This document shows, piece after piece, positions 25,756 to 32,875 of a DNA stretch of 48,688 nucleotides (the stretch's first letter is position 1; each line of letters opens with the position of its first letter). The stretch comes from Solirubrobacteraceae bacterium (GTDB taxonomy: Bacteria > Actinomycetota > Thermoleophilia > Solirubrobacterales > Solirubrobacteraceae), in NCBI GenBank assembly GCA_017882425.1, contig JADGPM010000236.1, forward strand, positions 1 through 48,688. Reading direction: 5' to 3'. The translations under genes and the position numbers were made by a program. Under the pieces are notes generated by a model. It had not been told where the DNA came from. It was given only the letters and a program-made list of their open reading frames with translations, and made no database searches.

Positions 25756-26027
25756 CTCCCGCCGGCCATCGCCGGCAGGATCACGAGCGAGTCGGACTCG
25801 CCTACGGGTGTCTCGAGGCCGTCGAGGACGCGGACGTCCTCGTCGTTGAGGTAGACGTTGACGTAGCGGTTCAGGTCACCGTCCGTCCCGAACAGCTGCG
25901 AGCTCGTCTCCGGATGCGCCGTCGCGAGGTTGCGCAGGACGTCGCCGACGTTCGCGCCGTCGGCGCTCACCTCGCGCTCCCCGCCGACGGAGGGGCGCAG
26001 GACCGGTGGGATACGGATCGTGGCCAT
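25752..26027 (-). CDS. cysO: ThiS/MoaD/CysO-family sulfur-carrier protein ending in GG-Ser
   Basis: This is the last 91 aa of ORF 25752..26132 (MATIRIPPVLRPSVGG...VILPAMAGGS), with a beta-grasp-like pattern. It lies directly downstream of the E1 gene. Confidence 0.8.
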   Translation of the reverse strand: MATIRIPPVLRPSVGGEREVSADGANVGDVLRNLATAHPETSSQLFGTDGDLNRYVNVYLNDEDVRVLDGLETPVGESDSLVILPAMAGGS

Positions 26028-26038
26028 GGCGGCGGACC

Positions 26039-27220
26039 CTATCCGGCGGCGGCGCAGAACGCCTCGTAGTCGGGGAAGACGCCGAGCTCCTCGTCGGAGA
26101 TCTCGTCCGGCTCGCGCGAGCAGATCGGGCACTCGGGGTCGCGGCGCACCTTCAGCTCCGTGACCTCGGCGGCGAGCGCGTCATACATCAGCAGGCGGCC
26201 GATCAGCGGGTCGCCGGCACCGATGATGAGCTTGATGACCTCCGTCGCCTGTAGCAGCCCCATCGTCCCCGGGAGCACGCCGAGGACACCGTTGGCGCCG
26301 CACGACGGCGCGAGCTCCGCGGGCGGCGGCTGGCGGAAGAGGCAGCGGTAGCACGGGCCCTCATAGGGCTTGAAGACGCTGAGCTGGCCCTCGAAGCCGA
26401 GGATCGCGGCGGAGACGACCGGGATCTTCAGGCGGACCGTCGCGTCGTTGAGCAGGTAGCGGGTCGGGAAGTTGTCGACGCCGTCGACGATGATGTCCCA
26501 GCCCTCGATGATCTCCATGATGTTCGAGGCGTCCAGGCGCGTCCTGTACTTCACGACCTCGACGTCCGGGTTGAGGTCGTTGATGACCTCCGCCGCCGAG
26601 TCGACCTTCGACACGCCGATGCGCGAGGTGCTGTGGATGACCTGGCGCTGCAGGTTGGAGAGGTCCACGACGTCGTCGTCGACGATGCCCAGGGTGCCGA
26701 CGCCGGCCGCGGCGAGATACAGGGCCGTCGGCGACCCGAGGCCGCCGGCGCCGAGCAGCAGGACCCTGGCGTCGAGCAGCTTCTGCTGGCCGTCGATCCC
26801 GACCTCGGGGACGAGCAGGTGGCGGCTGTAGCGCTCGCGCTGCTCGGGTGTGAAGCTGCGCGGCACCTCGACCTCGTAGCCGCGGTCCTTCCACAGCGTG
26901 ATCCCGCCGGTCATCGACTCGACGTGCTCGTAACCCAGGTCGCGCTGCAGCGTGTTGGCGGCGAACACGGAGCGGTTGCCCGCGGCGCAGTAGAGGATCA
27001 CGCGCTGCGAGCGGTCCGGGACGACGCCGTCGATGCGCTGCTCGAGGTAGCCGCGCGGGACGTGGATCGCGCCCGGCAGCCTGCCGGAGGCGAGCTCCTC
27101 GCTCTCGCGCACGTCGATGACGGTCACGCCCTCGCCGATCAGTTGGGCGACCTCGGACGGGTCGACCTCCGAGATCTCCGCCCTCAGGCGGCGCAGATGC
27201 TCGCTTCCGGACACGCTCAT
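26039..27220 (-). CDS. rhodanese-fused ThiF/MoeB-type E1 adenylyltransferase/sulfurtransferase (MoeZ-like, rhodanese N-terminal)
   Basis: The N-terminal rhodanese has active-site CAAGNRS. The E1 fold has LLLGAGGLGSP and zinc CxxC pairs CYRC and CPIC. An AGGTGA SD lies 7 nt before the ATG. Confidence 0.9.
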   Translation of the reverse strand: MSVSGSEHLRRLRAEISEVDPSEVAQLIGEGVTVIDVRESEELASGRLPGAIHVPRGYLEQRIDGVVPDRSQRVILYCAAGNRSVFAANTLQRDLGYEHVESMTGGITLWKDRGYEVEVPRSFTPEQRERYSRHLLVPEVGIDGQQKLLDARVLLLGAGGLGSPTALYLAAAGVGTLGIVDDDVVDLSNLQRQVIHSTSRIGVSKVDSAAEVINDLNPDVEVVKYRTRLDASNIMEIIEGWDIIVDGVDNFPTRYLLNDATVRLKIPVVSAAILGFEGQLSVFKPYEGPCYRCLFRQPPPAELAPSCGANGVLGVLPGTMGLLQATEVIKLIIGAGDPLIGRLLMYDALAAEVTELKVRRDPECPICSREPDEISDEELGVFPDYEAFCAAAG

Positions 27221-27315
27221 CGGTAAATCACCTGTTCTGGATCAGCTTTCGGCACTTCACAAAGGATAGCGGATCGATCCGAGTCCGCCGCGATCCCGGA
27301 AAGGGGCCCTGGAAC

Positions 27316-27357
27316 GGCGAAAGGCGCCTCCCCCGCTGCCGGGAAGGCGCCTTCGCC
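27316..27357. promoter_or_regulatory. long GC hairpin in the divergent intergenic region (leader or operator structure)
   Basis: GGCGAAAGGCGCC-17 nt-GGCGCCTTCGCC gives a 12-bp stem with one bulge. It lies about 100-140 nt upstream of the moeZ-like ATG on the minus strand. Confidence 0.4.
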
Positions 27358-27475
27358 CTGTTGGAGGCCAAGCGCAGATCAAAGGGGGAAAGATCCGGAG
27401 CGCCCGGTGGTCCTAGGGGGATGCACAGGGGGTATCGGACGCTGCGCGATCGGCCGATATGGGGTCCAGACCCCA

Positions 27476-28486
27476 ATGCACGCACTCCGACTCCCCCAGC
27501 GACGCTCCGCGCGCCTGACGCGTCCGTCCCTGCTCGCCCAGGTGCTCGGCGTGAACGCCGCGCTGATCGGCGCCACCGTGCTGACCGCGAGCCTCGCGGT
27601 CGACTGGGGGGGCCACGGCGTCGCCGAGCACCGCCGCTCGCTGCTGCTCGTCGCCGCGCTGCTCGCGACCGTCCTGGTGAACGGCTTCGTCCTGCGCCGG
27701 CGGTTCGAGCCGCTCGAGCGCCTGATCGACACGATGGAGCAGGTCGACGGCGCCGACGCGCACTCACGTCCGCGGCTCCCGCCCGGCGAGACCGAGGAGG
27801 TCGTGCGCCTGCACCAGGCGTTCGACCGGATGCTCGACCGGCTCGAGACCGAGCGCGCCCGGACCGCGAGTGCCGTCCTCCAGGCCCAGGAGGAGGAGCG
27901 CGCACGGATCGCGCGCGACCTGCACGACGAGGCCAACCAGGCGCTCACGGGCGTCCTGCTGCGCCTGGAGGCGACCGGCCAGCGGGTGCCCGAGGACCTG
28001 CGTCCGGAGCTGCGCGAGACCCAGCGCGCCGCCACCCAGGCGATCGAGGAGCTGCTGCGCCTCGCGCGCGAGCTGCGGCCCGCGGCGCTGGACGACCACG
28101 GCCTGGCCGCGGCGCTGCGCACGAAGGTCAGCGACTTCGCACGCCAGACCGGCGTGCATGCCGAGCTCAGCCTCGCGGGCGCCGACGTCGACGAGCTGCG
28201 TCCCGAGGAGCAGATCGTCGTCTACCGCGTCGTCCAGGAGAGCCTGTCGAACGTCGCCCAGCACGCCCGCGCGGGCAACGTCCGTGTGGCGTTCGCGCGC
28301 GAGCGCGGCGCAACCGTCGCCCGCGTGCAGGACGACGGCTGCGGCTTCGCCGACGCGACCCCGAGCGGCCACGGGCTGACCGGCATGCGCGAGCGCGCCG
28401 CCCTCGCCGGCGGGTCGCTCGACGTGCACTCGGCGCCCGGCGACGGCACCACGATCGAGCTGCGGCTCGGGGAGCGGGCGGCGTGA
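27476..28486 (+). CDS. sensor histidine kinase, HisKA_3 (NarL-partner) type
   Basis: Two N-terminal TM helices, a HAMP-like linker, the H-box ARDLHDEANQALT and the G-box GHGLTGMRERA. Start is ATG 27476 (MHALRL) or GTG 27407. Confidence 0.85.
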   Translation: MHALRLPQRRSARLTRPSLLAQVLGVNAALIGATVLTASLAVDWGGHGVAEHRRSLLLVAALLATVLVNGFVLRRRFEPLERLIDTMEQVDGADAHSRPRLPPGETEEVVRLHQAFDRMLDRLETERARTASAVLQAQEEERARIARDLHDEANQALTGVLLRLEATGQRVPEDLRPELRETQRAATQAIEELLRLARELRPAALDDHGLAAALRTKVSDFARQTGVHAELSLAGADVDELRPEEQIVVYRVVQESLSNVAQHARAGNVRVAFARERGATVARVQDDGCGFADATPSGHGLTGMRERAALAGGSLDVHSAPGDGTTIELRLGERAA

Positions 28487-29121
28487 GCACGCGCGTCCTG
28501 ATCGCCGACGACCACGGCATCGTCCGCGGCGGCCTGAAGCTCCTGCTCGAGCGCCAGCCCGACATCGAGGTCGTCGGCGAGGCGGCCGACGGCGCCGAGG
28601 CCGTCGAGCGCGCACTGTCGCTGCGTCCCGACCTGGCGATCCTCGACGTCTCGATGCCGCTGCTGACCGGCATCCAGGCGACGCACGAGATCAAGCGCCA
28701 TGCCCCGGAGGTCGACGTGCTCGTGCTGTCGATGCACGACGACGAGCGCTACGTGTTCGAGGCGCTGAAGGCCGGCGCCTCCGGCTACGTCCTCAAGCGC
28801 GAGGCCGACCAGGACCTCGTCGACGCCGTCCGCTCCGTCGCGCGCGGCGAGCCCTTCCTGACGAACGCCGCGACCGAGACGCTCGTGCGCGAGTGGATGG
28901 CCGACGAGACGACCGGCCCGCGCGAGCCGCTCAGCCAGCGCGAGCAGGAGGTCCTGAAGCTCATCGCCGAGGCGCACACGAATCGCGCGATCGGGGAGAT
29001 CCTGCACCTCAGCGAGAAGACCGTCGAGTCCCACCGCGGGAACATCCTGCGCAAGCTCGGCATGCGCGACCGCGTCGAGCTGGTGCGCTACGCGATCCGC
29101 CGCGGGCTCGTCGAGGCCTGA
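28483..29121 (+). CDS. NarL/FixJ-family response regulator (REC + LuxR HTH)
   Basis: The GTG at 28483 overlaps the kinase stop (GTGA). Contains VLIADDH, ILDVSMP, and the HTH LSQREQEVLKLIAEAHTNRAIGEILHLSEKTVESHRGNILRKLG. Confidence 0.9.
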   Translation: MSTRVLIADDHGIVRGGLKLLLERQPDIEVVGEAADGAEAVERALSLRPDLAILDVSMPLLTGIQATHEIKRHAPEVDVLVLSMHDDERYVFEALKAGASGYVLKREADQDLVDAVRSVARGEPFLTNAATETLVREWMADETTGPREPLSQREQEVLKLIAEAHTNRAIGEILHLSEKTVESHRGNILRKLGMRDRVELVRYAIRRGLVEA

Positions 29122-29136
29122 CCCGCCGCCCTCACG

Positions 29137-29142
29137 TACCCT
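29137..29142 (+). promoter_or_regulatory. putative -10 box TACCCT positioned for a leaderless SCO mRNA
   Basis: TACCCT-gggtgc-ATG, 6 nt before the start at 29149, with no SD. Confidence 0.4.
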
Positions 29143-29148
29143 GGGTGC

Positions 29149-29754
29149 ATGCACCCCCGCGTGCGCCTCACGCTCATGGCCGTCGCAACGCTGGCGCTCG
29201 TCGGGATCCTGGCGTTCGTCGTCTTCAGCGACCCGAGCGACGGCACCGCGAACCCGGCGCCGGCCACGCGCTTCGACGGGTCGATCAGCCCGCCCGCCCC
29301 GCCCCAGGACTTCGCACTGCGCGACCAGGACGGCCGGCTGACCCGCCTCTCGGGCGAGCGCGGCCACGTGACGGTGCTGACGTTCATGTACACGACCTGC
29401 CGGAACGACTGCCCGACGATGGCCCAGCAGATCCGCGGCGCCATCGACCACACCGGCGGGAACGTTCCGGTCCTCGCGGTCAGCGTCGACCCCAGGAACG
29501 ACACGCCGGCCAGCGCCCGCAGGTTCGTCGCCGAGCAGCACCTGATCGGCCGCATGCGCTTCCTGCTCGGCACCGAGGCCCAGCTCCAGCGTGTCTGGCG
29601 CCGCTACGGCATCCAGCCGCAGAGCACGAGCCTCGAGCACACCGCCTACGTCATCGTCATCGACAAGACCGGCCGCGCCCGCGTCAGCTTCCCCATCTCC
29701 GAGCTGACACCCGAGGGCCTCGCCCACGACATCCAGGTCCTGCAGAAGTCCTGA
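29149..29754 (+). CDS. SCO1/SenC-family copper chaperone / thiol-disulfide protein
   Basis: Signal anchor LTLMAVATLALVGILAFVVF, the CxxxC motif YTTCRNDCP, and a downstream His (LEHTAYVIVID). Confidence 0.85.
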   Translation: MHPRVRLTLMAVATLALVGILAFVVFSDPSDGTANPAPATRFDGSISPPAPPQDFALRDQDGRLTRLSGERGHVTVLTFMYTTCRNDCPTMAQQIRGAIDHTGGNVPVLAVSVDPRNDTPASARRFVAEQHLIGRMRFLLGTEAQLQRVWRRYGIQPQSTSLEHTAYVIVIDKTGRARVSFPISELTPEGLAHDIQVLQKS

Positions 29755-29887
29755 GCACCACCCGAGCCCACGCCTCAAACGTCAGGAACCGAAGGCGTCA
29801 GGACCACCCCGGCTCACGGGGAGATCGTCCACCACGGCCCGAGCGAGGGATCGTGGATGCCACGAGACCCGCGAGCATCCGACCACC

Positions 29888-30001
29888 TCAGTCGCGACGG
29901 CCGGTCCACCACAACCCAAACCCGATGATCACAATCGGCGCCAGGTACAGGAACGCGTGGTACCAGTGGCCGAAGTGCGCCAGCGGCAGCACGACGCTCA
30001 C
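29888..30001 (-). CDS. 37-aa hydrophobic micro-protein coupled to the upstream membrane protein
   Basis: The GTG at 29999-30001 overlaps the upstream TGA (GTGA). Product is VSVVLPLAHFGHWYHAFLYLAPIVIIGFGLWWTGRRD, one TM helix with a basic tail. Confidence 0.45.
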   Translation of the reverse strand: MSVVLPLAHFGHWYHAFLYLAPIVIIGFGLWWTGRRD

Positions 30002-31428
30002 TTCGATGCCGCCGAAAGCAGCCACAGGCCGATGCACGTGAACGAGACCATGACGAGCAGCATCCAGTACTGCGACCGGGTCGCGACGCGCGGATCGCGC
30101 CACGTCGCCAGCGCCCGGTCATGGGCGAGGATGAGCGCTGCCACATGCCCGATGACGAGGGCCGCCACCTGGACGTACCAGATGCCGTTGGCCCCGACGA
30201 CGCCGTAGTCGATCGTCGCCGACGAGGTCCCGAGCAGGTTCGAGCCGTTGCCGAGCGGGTCGGATGCGAGATAGGCGATCGCCTGCCCCTGGTAGGCGAG
30301 CAGCGAGAAGTAGTGCGCGACGACGTAGGCGAGCGCGATCGGGATCAGCGTGTGTGCGAAGAGGCGTGAGAGCTGGTCGGTCGTGTGGTCGCGCCCGACC
30401 GAGCGCATGCCCGCCACCCCGAGCCGGTAGAGGCCGGCGACGAGGCACACCACGGCGATCAGCCCGACGGTGTAGGCCAGCTCGACGGCGGTCTCCTGAC
30501 CGAAGCCGAGGCCGTGAAAGGCGTCCGAGAAGCGCTGCGCGAGGCCGTCGGCGCTGAGCCAGATGCCGCCCTGCGAGAAGCCGTCGAAGCTCGTCGTCCC
30601 GATCATCACGCAGACCATCGCGACGGCGCCGGCGCCGGTCGGCATGCGCGGGGCGCCGACGAGCGGCGGGCGCAGGAACACGCGTCGCTCCTTCCAGTGC
30701 AGCGGCGCGAGCAGCGCGAACAGCCCGAACGCGACGCCGAACGCGTCGGCGTTGCGCGTCCAGGTGTCGACGCCGTAGAGGCTCATGCCGACGAGCATCA
30801 CGACGGCGTAGGCGACGGCCATGATCGCGAGCGCGCTCGGCTGGTCGCGATTGACGTACACGAGTTCCACCCAGGCGAAGGCCAGGATGCCGAGCGCCGC
30901 GGGCCAGCGCCCGACGCGCTCGGGGTAGGCGAGCGGCTCGGGGAGCTGCGCGCGGGCGACGCGGGCCGCCAGCCAGCCGGCGCCGCGCCCGACGGCACGC
31001 CACGGGCTGATCGCCGCGAAGACGTCCCCGAAGAGGACGGTGAGGAACGGGATGCCGACCCAGAAGAGCACGAAGATCGCCGTCGGCGCGAGGTTCGCCG
31101 TCCCGGTCTGCGTGCCCGCGAAGCCGGCGTAGACGACGGCCCCGAACGAGAACACGCCGAACGCTCCCGCGAGCACCTCGAGCACGAGCGGGACGCGCAG
31201 CAGCGGGCGCTCGGGCGCCTGTTCGAGGACGGCGCGCGGCCAGAGGATCGCCAGCGCGACGAACGAGACGAGCAGGACGAATGCGGCGCCCCAGGCGAAC
31301 AGCCACTCGGGGATCGGCAGGTCGGCCCGCTGGGCGATGCCGTGGGCGGAGGCTGCCGCGGGCAGCCCGAGCGAGCAGGCGGCGGCGAGGAGGGCCGCGA
31401 GCGGCAGGCGCGCGGCCCGGGGGATCAT
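29998..31428 (-). CDS. polytopic integral membrane protein of unknown function (476 aa)
   Basis: Signal peptide MIPRAARLPLAALLAAACSLGLPAAASA followed by HGI. About 10 or more hydrophobic helices rich in W/F/Y. No family recognised. Confidence 0.75.
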   Translation of the reverse strand: MIPRAARLPLAALLAAACSLGLPAAASAHGIAQRADLPIPEWLFAWGAAFVLLVSFVALAILWPRAVLEQAPERPLLRVPLVLEVLAGAFGVFSFGAVVYAGFAGTQTGTANLAPTAIFVLFWVGIPFLTVLFGDVFAAISPWRAVGRGAGWLAARVARAQLPEPLAYPERVGRWPAALGILAFAWVELVYVNRDQPSALAIMAVAYAVVMLVGMSLYGVDTWTRNADAFGVAFGLFALLAPLHWKERRVFLRPPLVGAPRMPTGAGAVAMVCVMIGTTSFDGFSQGGIWLSADGLAQRFSDAFHGLGFGQETAVELAYTVGLIAVVCLVAGLYRLGVAGMRSVGRDHTTDQLSRLFAHTLIPIALAYVVAHYFSLLAYQGQAIAYLASDPLGNGSNLLGTSSATIDYGVVGANGIWYVQVAALVIGHVAALILAHDRALATWRDPRVATRSQYWMLLVMVSFTCIGLWLLSAASK

Positions 31429-31436
31429 CCCCGGGA

Positions 31437-31442
31437 ACGATA
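31437..31442 (-). promoter_or_regulatory. putative -10 box TATCGT just upstream of the membrane-protein start
   Basis: The minus strand reads TATCGT-tcccgggg-ATG, 8 nt before the start, directly downstream of the hairpin at 31444..31467. Confidence 0.35.
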
Positions 31443-31443
31443 C

Positions 31444-31467
31444 GGGGCGGACCCGTAGGCCCGCCCC
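31444..31467 (-). terminator. GC hairpin after the secreted-protein gene (terminator candidate)
   Basis: GGGGCGG-acccgtaggc-CCGCCCC gives a 7-bp stem plus an inner CC/GG pair. It lies 31 nt downstream of the stop at 31498 on the minus strand. Confidence 0.5.
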
Positions 31468-31497
31468 GATACCGCTACGGCGATGTCTGCGTGAGGC

Positions 31498-32229
31498 CTA
31501 CTTGCAGGCCTGGTTCACGACGACCTGCTGACCCGTCGTGCCGTCGGTGTACTCGCCCGTGTAGCCGAAGTTCAGCTTCTTGGCGGTGCAGCCGGCGAGC
31601 CCGATGTACGGGGTCTTCTTGCCCTTCTTCGTGATCGACGCCTTGATGGTGGTGTTGAAGTCCGTCAGGGTCGCGATCGCGCCGGGGGCGGGCTGCTGGA
31701 GGTCGGCGGGGACCGGCACCTTGAGCAGGTAGCCGAACTGGCCTGTCTGCTTGGTGAGCTTGCCCTCGATGACGCTGTGGATCGCCAGCGGGCTCGTGCC
31801 GTCGACGAGCAGCTCGACCGCCTTGCCGCCGGGGCCGTTGTAGATCGTCACCGTGAGGTTCTCGGTGAGACCCAGGGCGACGCCGGCAGCGGTGCCCTTG
31901 CCGACCTTGGAGCCGGAGGGGCAGCTACTGGCTGCCGAGAGGACCTTCGCGTTGGCGCACTGCGGGAACTTCGCGCCGTTGAAGACCAGGTTCTTGTCGA
32001 AGAACACGTTGGCGAACGTCGTCGCGAACGGCGCGGCGGAGTCGGCGCTGATGTCATCGAAGTACGGACGGACCTTCAGCGTGACGGCGGTCGGCTTCTT
32101 CTTCGTGCCGGCCTTGGCGGGCGACACAGAAGCCGAGAACTTCTGAACTGAATTGATGGCGAAGGCCGAAGAGGCCGGGATGAGCGCGACCGCAGCGACG
32201 GCCAGCGCGAGGAGAGCGATTCTCCGCAT
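31498..32229 (-). CDS. secreted Lys-rich protein of unknown function (243 aa)
   Basis: AGGAGGAAC SD and the signal peptide MRRIALLALAVAAVALIPASSAFA. Four Cys form two likely pairs. The sequence is beta-rich and less GC-rich than its neighbours. Confidence 0.75.
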   Translation of the reverse strand: MRRIALLALAVAAVALIPASSAFAINSVQKFSASVSPAKAGTKKKPTAVTLKVRPYFDDISADSAAPFATTFANVFFDKNLVFNGAKFPQCANAKVLSAASSCPSGSKVGKGTAAGVALGLTENLTVTIYNGPGGKAVELLVDGTSPLAIHSVIEGKLTKQTGQFGYLLKVPVPADLQQPAPGAIATLTDFNTTIKASITKKGKKTPYIGLAGCTAKKLNFGYTGEYTDGTTGQQVVVNQACK

Positions 32230-32317
32230 TGTTCCTCCTGCTCAGGGTTGGATGGCAATGAATACCAGTTGTGGGGTGGAAGTTGCGCCGCATCACACAA
32301 GGACCGCGCCCGGCCTG

Positions 32318-32776
32318 CTATCCGAGCAACGTGAACCGGACGACGTCGCGGCGACGGCCTCGCAGCGCGATCCCACCTCGCACGATGTTGCCCCGGACGA
32401 ACCCCGCACTCTCCGCAACACGCTGCGAGGCGAGGTTCGTCGGCTCGGCGTAGAGATCCACCCGTCGCAGACCCAGATCCGCGAGCGCCCAATCGGCGAG
32501 CAGCCGCAGGCCGCGCACCGCGACCCCCTGACCGCGCGCCCAGGGCGCGGTCCAGTAGCCGATCTCGGTCCGCCCGCGGTGCATGTCCACCGCGTGCAGG
32601 CCGACGGCACCGAGGACCGTGCCCTCGGCGTCGTCGGCGACGACGGCGAGCGGCATCGCGCTGTCGGTGCGACCGGCGTGGACGAACATCCGCGCGTCCT
32701 CGGGCGTGTACGGGTCGGGCACGGAGGTGTACCGCCGCGTGAGCGGATCCGAGCACGCGCGCACGAGCGCCGCCAC
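32318..32776 (-). CDS. GNAT family N-acetyltransferase (RimJ/RimL-like)
   Basis: Acetyl-CoA motif ARGQGVAVRGLRLL and NLASQRVAESAGF. The frame is open up to the TAG at 32879-32881 and encodes IALIALPDPPLRDGTVALRAWGEGD upstream of the first canonical start (GTG 32776). The true start is therefore probably near 32840-32850 on a non-canonical codon. Confidence 0.8.
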   Translation of the reverse strand: MAALVRACSDPLTRRYTSVPDPYTPEDARMFVHAGRTDSAMPLAVVADDAEGTVLGAVGLHAVDMHRGRTEIGYWTAPWARGQGVAVRGLRLLADWALADLGLRRVDLYAEPTNLASQRVAESAGFVRGNIVRGGIALRGRRRDVVRFTLLG

Positions 32777-32875
32777 GTCCCCCTCGCCCCAGGCGCGCAG
32801 CGCGACGGTGCCGTCGCGCAGCGGCGGATCGGGCAGGGCGATCAGCGCGATGTCCGGGTCGCGGGCAGGCCGGCG

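Noticed and set aside
22844-27220. E1 + ubiquitin-like + JAMM trio as a Bil/Bub or CBASS Cap2/Cap3-type ubiquitin-like conjugation antiphage system.
   Set aside because: There is no E2-like, CD-NTase or effector gene. The E1 carries a rhodanese (sulfur-transfer) domain and a CysM-type PLP synthase is in the operon. Sulfur-carrier biosynthesis is therefore the better reading, and the atypical composition is reported as a finding instead.
27221-27400. SAM or other sulfur-metabolite riboswitch in the leader of the sulfur-carrier operon.
   Set aside because: I could not recognise the conserved cores of SAM-I, SAM-II or SAM-IV or any other known class by eye. Only a generic hairpin is present. 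An Infernal/Rfam scan is needed before any such call.
27383-27465. G-quadruplex formed by four G4-5 runs.
   Set aside because: The loops between runs are about 26, 7 and 31 nt, far longer than canonical G4 loops. G-runs are expected by chance in this composition.
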